From NCBI GenBank assembly GCA_000165425.1, contig CT868049.1, forward strand, positions 186,001 through 213,050: a stretch of DNA of 27,050 nt, written 5' to 3'. The notes under the pieces are model-generated. The model saw only the letters and a list, made by a program, of their open reading frames with translations. It was not told where the DNA came from and searched no databases. The DNA comes from Paramecium tetraurelia. Its lineage: Eukaryota. Of this stretch, positions 1 to 12,159 are shown in pieces; the stretch's first letter is position 1; each line of letters opens with the position of its first letter. The position numbers and the translations under genes are program-made.

Positions 1-2274
1 CACTGATATTCTCCCACTCTCACTCACTTGATATTTCTTCCAAATTGTGTTGATCCTACTCTTCTTCTTATATGAGAATCTCCTCCCTGATACAGTGTAC
101 TCACTAGAGATGGCTATGTTATACAACTCTCCAAATGAAAAGTCCCAAATGCATTTTAATAAATTGCCCTTCGCATTATTAATGATCTACATTCCATCCC
201 TCATGGCTGTACCGTATGCTTAAGCCAACAACCCTCTTTGTCTTTCCTTCAAGAATTTGGTGCATAAAGAATTCCATTTCAGATGGAACACCTTCTTCAT
301 ATTCAGAAATTGCTCTTATTCCTCTTATATCTATTCCTTCCAAACCTCTTCCTCCTTTTCCATAAATGACAAGAACAAACACTCAATCAATTGTTATTTC
401 ATAGAATCGTAATAGACTGGATTTTTGTCTCTGGTCAATGTGAATTGCTTTTAGTCCACCTTCTCTGGTATTTCCTTCATCTAAATACATAGTTGGTCGA
501 TTATTTTCTTTTGGGCCGAGTCTCCATTGGGATCTACTAGTTTCTTGAGGCTGGTTTCTGCATCTTCTTCGTCATCGAAGTAATGTTGGATCTGCTTTAA
601 GTAGGCTTCGATATTGGTTTCCTTCTCATTAATGTCTAAATTCAATTTATCCCTAACGAGATGTTAGAGGATCTTGAGTAGGATGGTATTGAAGTCTTTG
701 GAATAGGTATCACAGATGATGAGGGGATTTTCATTATATTGTTTGATATTTTAATTTTTCTTGGTGGTTTTTGGAATGAACTTTTTTCTTTGATAAGAGA
801 AATACCTTTTGATCTGTTGTTCTTATTTGATGGTTCTATCTTAGTCATTCAAATCGATTAATTGATTGATATCAAAATTACTCTTGTCATTTTTCTTGGT
901 CACTCTTCTTAACTAAGCCTTGGTGACAATTTTGGTTTCTGCCTTCTTTTCTTTCTTTTTGGCAATAGAAGGATTCATCAAGACTGCAAAATCCAATTTA
1001 AAATAGAACTTCTCTCTGGCTTCAGTGACTCTTTATTCCAAATACACCAGATACTCATAATAGGCTTCCCATAATTCATCCGAGGGGCCTTCTTCGTCTC
1101 CAATTAGATCACGTTAGCCGTAATCAAACATCTAATCATTAAGATTCTGGATGTGCAATTCTTTGGCCATTTTCTTAAAATTAATCTTCTTAAGTAGATT
1201 GATGATCTTGGGTTTGATGTATTGAAAATAACTACTTTGATTCACATCCATATCGTTTCTCCATAGACGATTGTTCAATCTCAAGGGACGGTAATTCTGA
1301 TCTATGGGTTCAAGAGATAACAAGTCAGTAAATTCGAGATTGAGAAACTTTCTCATTTTAATTTGTTAAGCAACAAGAGAAATGTTGGCTTCTGCACAAT
1401 ACAAAATAGCAAAGATTGATTTGTTATCTGAGGATACGAATGTCCTCATTTTGAATCCCTTTTGACTCAACCTCAATAGAATCAGGTTACGAACCAAAGT
1501 ATAGAAATCTTTAACCTTATGATGAGTACGTTGCAGACCTCCAGCTGTTTTAATGATGAACTTTCCCCTTGTTAAGATCTTCTTCTTCAGAATCGTTGAG
1601 AACCCCTTCCTTTTTTCTCTATTCTTGCTCACCTTAAAGTTTTTATTCAAACTGTTCATCACTTTATTCCGTACCATCTCCACAAACTCATTATGCTCTC
1701 CTTGTATATTTAATTGATCATCCTCCTTGAAGAACAACTTGATTGCAGCTATCAGATTTTGAGTTGAGAATTGATTGGAGTATGCCAATTTGTTAGGACC
1801 CAAGTCATCCTATTTTGAATCCGCTAATTGGGAATAAGCATATTAAAATGCCATCGAAAGTATCTCGTAATCCAATTGCTCAGTTTTGAATTCAATCGAA
1901 CACCTAGTTCCTATGCCCTGTTATAGAAACTCCTAGGCTTCTATATATGAAATTGTTGCATAAGCCATCTCATCTGGATTCGGGAATTGCAGCACTACAT
2001 CCCCCATACAGTAGTCTTTCTCAGTCAAATATTGACTTGGATCGTTCATCACCATCCGTATGTAATCCTACTCAGGCATTTTATAATGTTCAGATTGATC
2101 TCCTTAAATTTTGTAAATGTTAAATTTGCTATACTCCAAGAATTGCTTGTGTTCGTCCTCGTTCACCTCATCCCCCAGGAGATACTTAATATAAATGCTC
2201 ATTATATTGAAGATGTTATTGAATTTCCTCTGACGCCGTTCATCTCGACTTAATTTTTCTTCTTCCCTTATCAT
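1..2274 (-). CDS. Anoctamin/TMEM16-like protein, N-terminal cytoplasmic part (gene continues beyond the left edge)
   Basis: Code-6 frame from ATG 2274 (MIREEEKLSRDERRQRKF) to position 1, 758 codons, no intron needed. Joins track ORFs 1366-1803 and 1132-1356. Motifs DVVLQFPNPD, RTFVSSDNKSIFAILY, DLLSLEPIDQNYRPLRL and WKKYQVSESGRISV resemble protist anoctamin N-termini. The transmembrane part lies outside the window, so the family call is an inference. Confidence 0.65.
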
Positions 2275-2369
2275 TTATATATTATAAAATTATAGTTTAT
2301 TTCATCTCAATTCCTCTTCCATCTTTAAAATAACATGTACAACTTAAGAAATTCATTTATTAAATATAT

Positions 2370-3390
2370 GTTAAATCTCCAGAATGCCTTCCATTTAGAG
2401 TAGTCTCAATGATGCTCATTTCAATTTGATTGCAGAAAAAGCTTCATATTCATAAATGCATATAACTATTATAGACAAAACATATAAAGCGCATGAGATC
2501 AGCTGGATTTGACTAGACTCTAAAGAGGAGTGTTTGGCTTATTGAAATTCATCTTGACCTTAATCTATATCCTACGCTTATTTAGATATATCTGATTTTA
2601 TTTCAGTAGCATGTGAGTGGAAGTCTCCTAGATTCGATATAGAAGATAAGAATTGGGAAGAGCAATACATGTAGGCACTCTACTTTGAAGTCGTCACTAT
2701 GTTAACTATAGAATATGGTGATATGGTGCCAAAAATGCCATTGAGATAATAGTCACTATTGTATTTGTGTTGGGTGCATGTATGAATATTCAACTTATGT
2801 GAATAGGTAATGGGTATCCAATAGTGTTAATTTCATCCGCAGTATCATCCATGATATCACACATAACTAAGCGGAAAGTAATAGGAGAATGAGAGATATT
2901 AACAAATACATGGATTAAAGGAAGATACCGTAGAGTTTACAAAGAGTACTTCTTTCAGATGATTTTCAAAAGTACTGTCAATTGAAGGAAGCCATTACTT
3001 TGAGTTACCATCCATTCGACATCCAGAGTGAATAGATTAATTAGTGATTAGAATTGCGAGACCTATTATTTCAATAAATAAATGCTGAAGATGTGATAGT
3101 GCTGTTTAATAAGATCTGTTTGGATGGCAAACTAGTATACTTCAAAGAATGAGGAAGTTTTTGTTTTATCCCTTTTTTTATGATCAAAACTTTCTGAGAT
3201 CAAGAAGAAATACTAAACTGATATCTATAACTCCTATGAAAGTTATTGCTAAAGTTAAAAATACCTTTGAGAATTAAAAATAGACTCTGAAATAAAAAAA
3301 AAGAAAACTACCCTTATTCGTTCAAGTACTAAAATAAACTTTATCGTTCCAGACTATGTCAATCCATTTTCATAATATAAGAAATGAATG
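2370..3390 (+). pseudogene. Decayed EAG/KCNH/CNG-type K+ channel pseudogene
   Basis: S5-like GLLKFILTLIYILRLFRYI*FYFSS (in-frame TGA 2593-2595). Pore helix and filter WEEQYMQALYFEVVTMLTIEYGD (GYGD to EYGD, codon 2711-2713). A frameshift before S6 (AIEIIVTIVFVLGAC) and a C-linker remnant RDINKYMDQRKIPQSLQ. Boundaries are approximate, and the part past about 3050 is tentative. Confidence 0.8.
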
Positions 3391-4092
3391 TATTTAATCA
3401 TCCATTTCATATTCCTTGTTCTATAGATATGCATTTTCTTTTTCACTTCTAAATCATTCTTATATCCAGTAACTATAAAATTAACTATTTTTATTTTTAA
3501 ATCAAAATATTCGCACTTGTATATGAATTATAACTCCTACCCTGAGTTATAGAGATATTCTCAATTGAAACCATTATCCTAAAGACATTACTTCTAATTC
3601 CAAAGTATGTAAGTTTATTTTTATATTATACTTCTTTAAAAAGACAAGTAAATTGAAAAACTTTCATGAGCGTTGACGTTGTTATTCAAGAAATTCAAAG
3701 TAATTGTTATAATAAGCAAATCTATTTAATATATGAGATTTCAATATTTACATCCAGCTAATTTTCAAAGTAATTTAGACCTTATTTTCGTTGAAGTACA
3801 AATTCTTTGTTTGATTGGTTTCCCATTTAATAATTTGAGAAAGAAACCATTTAGATATCTTGGGATCTGATTACTGTTTTTATGAATTATACTCAAATGT
3901 TATTCTACAGTTCTTTAAAGTTTCTATGAAGTAAATCCACATAGAAAACAAATTTAAAGATGTCTTATAAAAATAAATGACATTAATTGTTGCATTTGTA
4001 ATTTTGATGACTTCAAGCAATGAAACCAATTAAATATAAATACAATATCCAAAATGATAAATAGATATTTTACAATAATTATAATTATTATT

Positions 4093-6557
4093 ATGGATCA
4101 AAACCACTGGAATCAGAAGTCATCTGTTTAAGAGTTTGGAATTGATAAGAATGTATAATAATAAGTAGTCCCACCACTTTAAGCTCAATTAATCAGAAGA
4201 GTCTCAAAACGTAATATTGCAATAAAGGCAACCCAGGAGAGTGGCGTGGGATAAATCTTTGAAACTTACCATCCATAACAAAGGAATCAAACATTGGATG
4301 ATATTAAATTCATCATCAAATGCTTTTAAGGCCATTTTGTATTTAGCTCAATGACTGAAACATAATTGTAATTGTTTATATACTAACCAAAGGACTCAGT
4401 TGGCCAATAGCATGTTTTATTGCAAATTATCAGTAGGCTAAACAATCATTCGTTAGGGGGACGGTGCAAGCTCATTTTTCATTTTGGAAAAAGGAAGGAT
4501 TAATGTCATAGTGGATAATGTACCTCGTAAGGAGATAAATGCAGGACAAGGATTTGGTGAATTAGCGTTATTGTACAATGCCCCAAGGTCTGCAACATGC
4601 ATGGCAGTTGAAGAATGCTACCTTTGGGGAATTGACAGACATACATTTAGAAAAAGTGTTGAAACCATTATGAGAAGCGAGTAAGAGAAGAATCGCAAAT
4701 ATTTGGAAAGTGTTAAATTCTTTAGTATGAATTGAAATTAAACTTTAAGATTAATTGACAAGAGAGTAAAAAGATGCAGTGGCTGGAGTTTTGATATCTT
4801 AAAAATTCAATGCTAATGAAATCATTGTAAATGAAGGAGATTAGGCTAGCTCATTTTATATCATAGTGGAAGGACAGTGTGGAGTGTTCAATAAGGAAGG
4901 ACAACAAATATCAGTGCTCAATCCTAGTGATTCATTTGGTGAGTCAGCTCTTAAGTAGGAGCATCAAGTGAGAATGATGACTATCAAATCAGTTCAAAAG
5001 GATACCAAGGTGTTGGCCTTAGGAAAAGATATGATTCAATAGATCTTGGGAGACTAGGTTCAAGCTATCATTTATAAAAACATTTGTAAATGGGCTCTCA
5101 ATTCATCCAAATTATTTAGCAAAACTCCACACTCTTATTAGGATAAATTATTGGAAGGTGTGTAAGTCAAAATGTTTACTGCCAATTCCAAAATTATATT
5201 GAAGGGAGATAAAGTTGGTCAATTAGTCATTCTTTTAGATACTGATGCCGTTGATGAAAATAAGGTTAAATTTGTTAAGGGATCAATTCTATTTGAGGAT
5301 TCATTATAAGATAAATTGTCAGGCACCACTCACTTAAAGACTGTATCTGTTGAAGCAGATGGACATGTAGCAATAGTTGATTATGAAGCCTTTAGAAGTT
5401 AATAAGGAAGTGTTGAAAAAATACAATAAGGAAAGGCATAGTAATAAGAAAAGTCGAGTGCTCATGAGGAATAGATTAAGAGTTAACCATTCAAAAATTT
5501 AATATATTTAAATAAATTAGGTTCAGGGTAATTTGGATCTGTCTATTTATGTAAGTTTAAGGAACTAGACACTTTATTTGCTCTTAAGTATGTCACAAGG
5601 GCACATATCCAGTAATTCGGAATACAAAAACATATCCAATAAGAAAAGGCTGTTTTAGAATTGATGGACAATCCATTCATTTTTAAATTCTACAGATCCT
5701 ATAAGGACAATGAAAATATATACTTTTTGACAGAATACATAGCAGGAATGGAATTATTTGATGCCATCAGAGTTATTGGTAAATTATTCAATTACCTTAG
5801 GATTATTAAGCAAATTCGATGCTCAATTCTATGCTTCTTAAATGATATTGCAAATGGAATATCTTCATACTTAACATAGCATTGTGTACAGAGATATTAA
5901 ACCAGAGAATCTTATGGTTGATGATTAAGGATATCTAAAACTAATCGATATGGGAACAGCTAAGTCTTTTAAAAATTAATGTATACATAGATAATAATAA
6001 TGTAGAATCTACTAAGACATTTACTATAATTGGGACTCCTCACTATATGGCTCCTGAAGTCATTTCAGGAAAAGGCTATGGTTACTTTGCTGACTTATGG
6101 AGTGTCGGAGTGTGCGTATATGAATTTATATGTGGTGGATTGCCATTTGGTGAAGACGCTGAGGATCCCTTCGAAATTTATAAGGAAATCATAAAGAAAC
6201 CAATCAGTTATCCACATTTCATGACTGACAAATCTGCAAAACCTTTTATAGAATAGATGATGAACAAAATTCCAGAAGTCAGATTAGGAGGATCGTACTC
6301 AACTCTGAAATCTCATGTTTGGTTCAAGGATTATGATTGGGTATTGATGATTTACAATTCTATTCTAGGAGAAACTGTTGAATAAGAGTTTGAAGGCTCC
6401 ATTATTGAAAGGGAAGGACAATGTTATGACTTCGGCTTAGATATAGAGTGCATAATAAAAAGCTATCTCTGTGTATGATTAGATATAGAAAGACACTTAA
6501 GGGGAGAAGAAAGTCTTAGCAAGTGCAAAGGATGCGGAATGGGATAGTGTATTTTGA
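4093..6557 (+). CDS. PKG: cGMP-dependent protein kinase (CNB domains plus AGC kinase domain)
   Basis: ATG 4093, TGA 6555-6557. Introns 4368-4392, 4725-4749, 5779-5800, 5981-6005, 6341-6368. CNB cassette [15 protein letters not shown], second cassette [16 protein letters not shown]. Kinase motifs [39 protein letters not shown]-terminus EWDSVF. Confidence 0.93.
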
Positions 6558-6578
6558 ATAAGTTGATAATAATAAACA

Positions 6579-7216
6579 TCACGATTTTATAAGTACATAT
6601 TCTCTATCGCTTTTTCCGAATCTCAGTACATCATCTTCCAGTAATTCGTAATACCTCGCAGGTTCTAATTGCTGATCATTTAGATAAGTTCCATTTGTGC
6701 TTTCTAAATCCATGGCGTATGGTTTTATATAAGATAGCACTTCTCCTTGACTATTCACCTTCTTTATTTCTCTAAATTAAATGACACAATGCTATTTGGA
6801 AACGGAAATGTTCTCAATTAAGATGTCGACGATCTCTTTGTCCTTCCCAATCAAGAATACTGACTTCCCTTTTAGAGATATAGATGCTTTTATAATTGAA
6901 ACCTAAATATACGATATGATTGTGTTCCTTTAAAGGGGAATAATTGCCAATTGGCTATGGGAATTTGAGCATCGAAAGGAATAGTAAACTTTAAGACTTT
7001 GCCATTGCCCAATGCATTCTCTGCATATTAGGCTAATATTCCAGATGCCTCAAAACTTGGTTTTTCTTTTATTATTTCTTATTATTGTGCCTACAGACAT
7101 TCTTCCTTTTTCACATGTTCCTATTTCACTTCTTTTTTTGAGTGATGATGCTTTTTCTTATGTTTTTTGCGATTACTACTTGATCCAGAAGTAGATCGCT
7201 ATTTATGTTTACCCAT
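6579..7216 (-). CDS. SNIP1: FHA-domain protein, SNIP1/Pml1/DAWDLE-like (RES splicing complex)
   Basis: ATG 7216, intron 6887-6912, TGA ending at 6579, 203 aa. Basic N-terminus, then EKPSFEASGIL, WQLFPFKG, SVSKQHCVIQFR, KPYAMDLESTNGTYLN and RYYELLEDDVLRFGKSDREY, which are SNIP1-family motifs. Confidence 0.88.
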
Positions 7217-7294
7217 TAATTAAATTTATAATCAGTAAGAAAAGCAAGCATGTAGATAAGTCAGACACTCAGAAATTGCATCAACTTTCATAAA

Positions 7295-10084
7295 ATGGTC
7301 CAAGAACTCTGTGATTAGGGCGAAATCAATTTCAAAGAAAAGAATAGGCTCAAATCAGAATTCAACTCTAATAATGAAGAGTTATTATTTTTGATCGAGG
7401 GTACCTTGACTTTCAATTATTAGATATGGACAACTAAAGTTTTAGATAACATTTGATTGATTATGTGAAAGCCAAGCATTAAGTCGTAAAAATAGCCAAT
7501 TCTCCTGGAATTAGAAGAAAATCCTTACTCTCTGAATCCAGTCCTTTGATCGGCAGAAAAAGCGTATTCTCAAAGGAAAGCAAAGTAACTGAAGATGAAT
7601 TACTAAATTACATCAGACAACTGAGAGAGGCCCTAGTAGAAGTGTACCAATCAAGATCTAATGCATTAACATTATTAGTTTAAGACAATCTAAAGTCTTT
7701 GACATAGTTTATTAGCAAATTGCCGAGTAAAAGTCCTCAACCATCGTTAATTTTGTTGTAGGAAACAAATATTGCAGATGATATTGAGTCCTATTATAAG
7801 CAGCTAAAAAATCAGTTTTTGAATACTCACTCTTTGTTGATTAATGATAGCATTGTATCAGTAACCTCTAATTTGGTTAATAACTTGCTTAATTGTGATG
7901 AATTTACATTTATAAGTCCATAGCATGGCATTTATGAATCAGTAAAACATACCTTTGCCATTTTAAATCACAATGAATACCTAGAAGATTTAATCTCAAT
8001 AACAACTAATATCAATTTGCTTACTGAAAATTAAACTAAGCTATTCGAGATGTTTTCACAATACGGAAGAACCTATACGTTACGAGTTCATGATGAATTC
8101 TTTTTTTATCATCAAAAGGTACAAAAAGATAGTCTATTGAATATCACTTTGGAATATAATTGCTTTCAAGAAGTCCTTATGCTGACTAAATTAATTTCTA
8201 AATCAATCATTTAGTCGAGAGTATAATAATTTAGCCCAATCTAAATCGGCAATATGATTTTGGATGTGGGAGTAGAATTTGTTAGATGCAGTAAGTACTT
8301 ATTTATTAATCAAATCATAAATTTGTTGAGGACCAAGTATAACATTGAAAAAGCTGAAAGTGAAATCTAAGGCTCTTGTACTTCCATCTAAAGCACCAAT
8401 CCATCTCCATCAAACAAACAAGTCAAGTTTGCTAAAATTCAATTCAAAGATGCTTTGCCAATAGAAATTACAGTCATTGGTTTAAATCTGAATAAAAAGG
8501 AGGATCTATAAATATACAAGACCATTCAAAATCTATACAACAAATATTTGAAATTCATAGAATTGAGTTACGATAGAATTACGTTTTACAAGTACTTCAT
8601 AAAATCCAAAGATTCAATTATGTTAGAATTCGATAAGGAGGGCAAATTGGCCTTTTTATCACGACCTATTCCACCTTCACTAAGTCGTGAATTTTAACTA
8701 TAATATATCCATAGAGGTTACTATTATCAGATAATTCAAAATGACAAGTTATTACATGAAATTGAATAACACTTGGAAAACTATTGGATAATTCAATAGA
8801 ATGAATAATTATATGAAATCTTCTTGAAGGCAAGAAACAAGAAATTTAAGGGATTTGCCATAATCTTTTCAGAAGGCTTCTTATAAACAAGAAGTTTAGA
8901 ATTGGAAGCTAAGAAAATCAAACTCAGATAAGAAGCCACATAATATTTAACCAATCTTGAATAAAATAACCCTGAGATCAAAGATACTATATTGTCATTC
9001 TACATGCCCTCATAAATCTAAGCTCCAAAGGTGTTAATAAAGAGAAAGAAAAGTAGGATGAATGGTTTTATAGAAAATGTTTAAATCAATCTAATGGATC
9101 CTGAAAGTCTTGAGAATGAACCCATTTATATGAGCTAAATCGATTCATTTGAATTTAACATATTAAAAATAGAAAGCAATTCAATAGAGAAATAGAGAAT
9201 TGTCTATCAAATATTTTAAAGAAATAATTTTATCTAAACCTTTGATATTGATAAGAATAGGATGTGTGAATTTTTAAGCGAATTAGAATATAGATATGAT
9301 AAACGCAGAAATCCATTCCATAATTACAATCATGGAGTAAATGTAATGCATAGTTGTCATGTTATCGTGAATAAAATGTTATCACTCAAACAGTATAAGG
9401 ATATATTGGATTAAACTACCAAGTTGGCACTTATCTTAGGTGGATTGTGTCATGATGTTGGTCACACAGGTAGAACCAATTATTTTGAGATTAATAATTT
9501 ATCTGAAAAGGCAATCAGATATCATGATAAAAATGTATTGGAATAATATCATGCAGCCACAGCACTCAAATTATTACTGAGAGAGAGAATGAACTTTTTG
9601 AAGAATATTGACTTTCGAACTTTCAGAGAAAAATTGATTTAAAACATTATCTTTACTGATAAGGCCGAGCACTTTAATTTATTGAAATTTTTTGAAGCAA
9701 ACAATGAAAAAGATACTAAAATTATAACTGGAATGATTATTCACACTTCTGATTTTGCTGGAGGATCTGCTAAGTGGCCAATCTCTAAAGAATGGTCATT
9801 GAGAGTTAACTAAGAATTTCAATCACAATATGAAGAAGAGGGGAGACTAGGTTTGCCATAATAATCTTTTATGAAAGATTTACATAAAGTATAACATAAT
9901 TTAATTTTAGATGTCTGTGTTGTCTAAATCTGAAATAGGTTTTTATAAATTTATTGTTCGTCCCTTATACGTATCATTATCTAACTTTATGGACAACTAA
10001 CTTCAAGATAGAATAGATAATATTGACGAAACAATAATTGAATGGGATTTACTGGCATCTTAGGATAATCAATAATAATGCTGA
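7295..10084 (+). CDS. Class I 3',5'-cyclic nucleotide phosphodiesterase with long N-terminal region
   Basis: ATG 7295 (in-frame alternative ATG 7250), introns 7401-7423 and 9889-9910, TGA 10082-10084, about 914 aa. Catalytic motifs NPFHNYNHGVNV, LCHDVGHTGRTNYF, VLEQYH, TDKAEH, IHTSD, EFQSQYEEEGRLGLP. Confidence 0.9.
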
Positions 10085-10124
10085 AATACTTGTTTAATTT
10101 TATATTTTTGTATTAAATATATAA

Positions 10125-11278
10125 ATGAGCAATAATTTCTTATCCAAGATAGACCTTCAACAAAGTTTGGCTTACAAATATTCTCAATAAGACACCTACT
10201 TTTATACAAAGTCTTTGAATGAATACATCGAAAATGCTAGATTACCACATGTGATTAATTTTCATTATGAGACTAATTGTAATGAGCAAAGTGAATATTT
10301 AAGAAGAACATACGATATTCGTATCTATTTTTCAATTAAATTAGATGAAATCGCTACAAAACTCACATTATTAACTGAATATTATAAATACCATAATGAG
10401 ATTCCAAGATGCTTCTTACTTAAGTTGGCTGACATAATGAGCAAGTAAATATAAGAGCTTAATTATTATAGTTATCACGATAAGAAAAGGAGGATTGAAT
10501 ATTTTAGAATCAAGAGAATGATTGAAAAAGAGAACAAATCAAATCCAAATTAACCTAAAAAGAAAATCGTAGGAGAAGAACCAGATGACACAGCTACATA
10601 AAAATCTGGGAGACAATATAGTAATTTCTTGACTGATATTACTGAGGTCTCAAGGACAATTGATAAAATACAAACTAAACTCAATTCCATTAAATTAAAT
10701 GTGGGTGATCTCTAATTAATGCCTTCAAATCGAGAATAAGATTAATTAGATAAGTTTCTTAAATATCTTGATGAAAAGAAATAAAAAAAAAAGATGCACA
10801 TCATTTAAACTCCTAACTCAGTATCTCTAAAATTGCCCATTGCATTATCATAAAGAACAATCAAGCAAGTCTTATCAAGAAAGATGATTACACAATAATC
10901 TACATAAATTTCTTAATAAACAATCAATACCAATAAATCAACCAATAAATCAACCAAATAATAATCCCTATATTAATAACCATCTTAATTTCAATCTTCA
11001 CCAAGAATCAATATCAAGTCCCTACCAAAACAAATAGGCTCGTTTACTCAAAGAACAGTCAAAGAAAACGCCTTATCTAAGTTGTTATCTCCTTTATAAA
11101 TCCAGATCTTTAATACAAATAGGTATATGGCTATAATTACTAATTTAGTTAACATTCTAATAAATGCAAAACCAGTATTTCAATATCTAAATAATTTAAA
11201 ATTACTGATTCTGTAAAATCTTCAATAAGATTGCATTAACACACAAAATCTGATTTTAAATTCTTTAAAAAATTATGA
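10125..11278 (+). CDS. Hypothetical protein (ciliate family with EYYKYHNEIPR / YHDKKRRIEY motif)
   Basis: ATG 10125, predicted introns 10321-10344, 10445-10471 and 11123-11148, TGA 11276-11278. Spliced length is 359 codons. C-terminal half is low-complexity and Q/S/N-rich. Confidence 0.8.
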
Positions 11279-12159
11279 TCCAAATGAATTTAATTTGTTT
11301 ATGTATTCAAAATCCGAATGCAAATTATAATTAAATAGTTTAAATTAATTTATTTTTCATCCTTTCAATGTAAAATAATAATCCTAAGCTATTTATATAT
11401 CATTCTTAGTCTTTTAAACTCAGTTATAAAATATTTATAATCATACTTCAATTTTATCTCCAACATTACTTCACAACTCTTCCTTAAAAAATGTATTTTA
11501 TATTTTATCTTTGAAACCTTTAAATTATGATGCTTTTAATTGCTCGTTTATTGATTCTCGATAAGGTTTATTTAACTTTGAATTTAGATTGTCAATTATA
11601 TTTATTTAAAGAATATTAACTTCATTTAATTAGAGATACAATCTGTAGTTATTATTTGTTTGTGTTATAAAAAAGCATATTTTATCTTTCTCATTGAAAA
11701 AATATAGGACCAGAAATCAGTTGCCATGGACTTACGTTACTAAGAACCAATTAAGAATAATAAGGATATGAGTATTCTCTAATTAAATCTCATTGTTCCC
11801 ATATTTAATTAATGGCCATCGATGCATAATCTTTGTAAGGCAATTTGAATGAAACAAACTCGCAAATATTCAATTTGATTACCAAAATCTGAAAAGGTTA
11901 TTTCTTCACTTTTATTAGAAATACAAGAAAAATATTATTTTAAAGATGTTTCGAAATATTAAATATATCCCATTTAAGGATAAATCCTTTTGAGTTTTCA
12001 TCAGTGTGAGTAAATCATTTTGATTTTGTGAATCCTAATCAATATGTCATTGGAGCAAAGCATGTTCATATTCGGTTGCTATAAGTTTACGAAAATAAGA
12101 ACTTAATTGAAATTAATTTTATTTGATTTAAATATAACAATTTTATATATATTATATAA

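Noticed and set aside
179..848. Track ORFs 179-382 and 642-848
   Set aside because: Out of frame with the real code-6 reading frame of the 1-2274 gene.
10922..10960. Short tandem repeat (ccaataaatcaa)
   Set aside because: A 12-nt in-frame coding repeat in a low-complexity region; not CRISPR-like or otherwise notable.
11500..12100. Coding-like patches between genes
   Set aside because: No sustained frame or identifiable motif; at most an unassignable relic.
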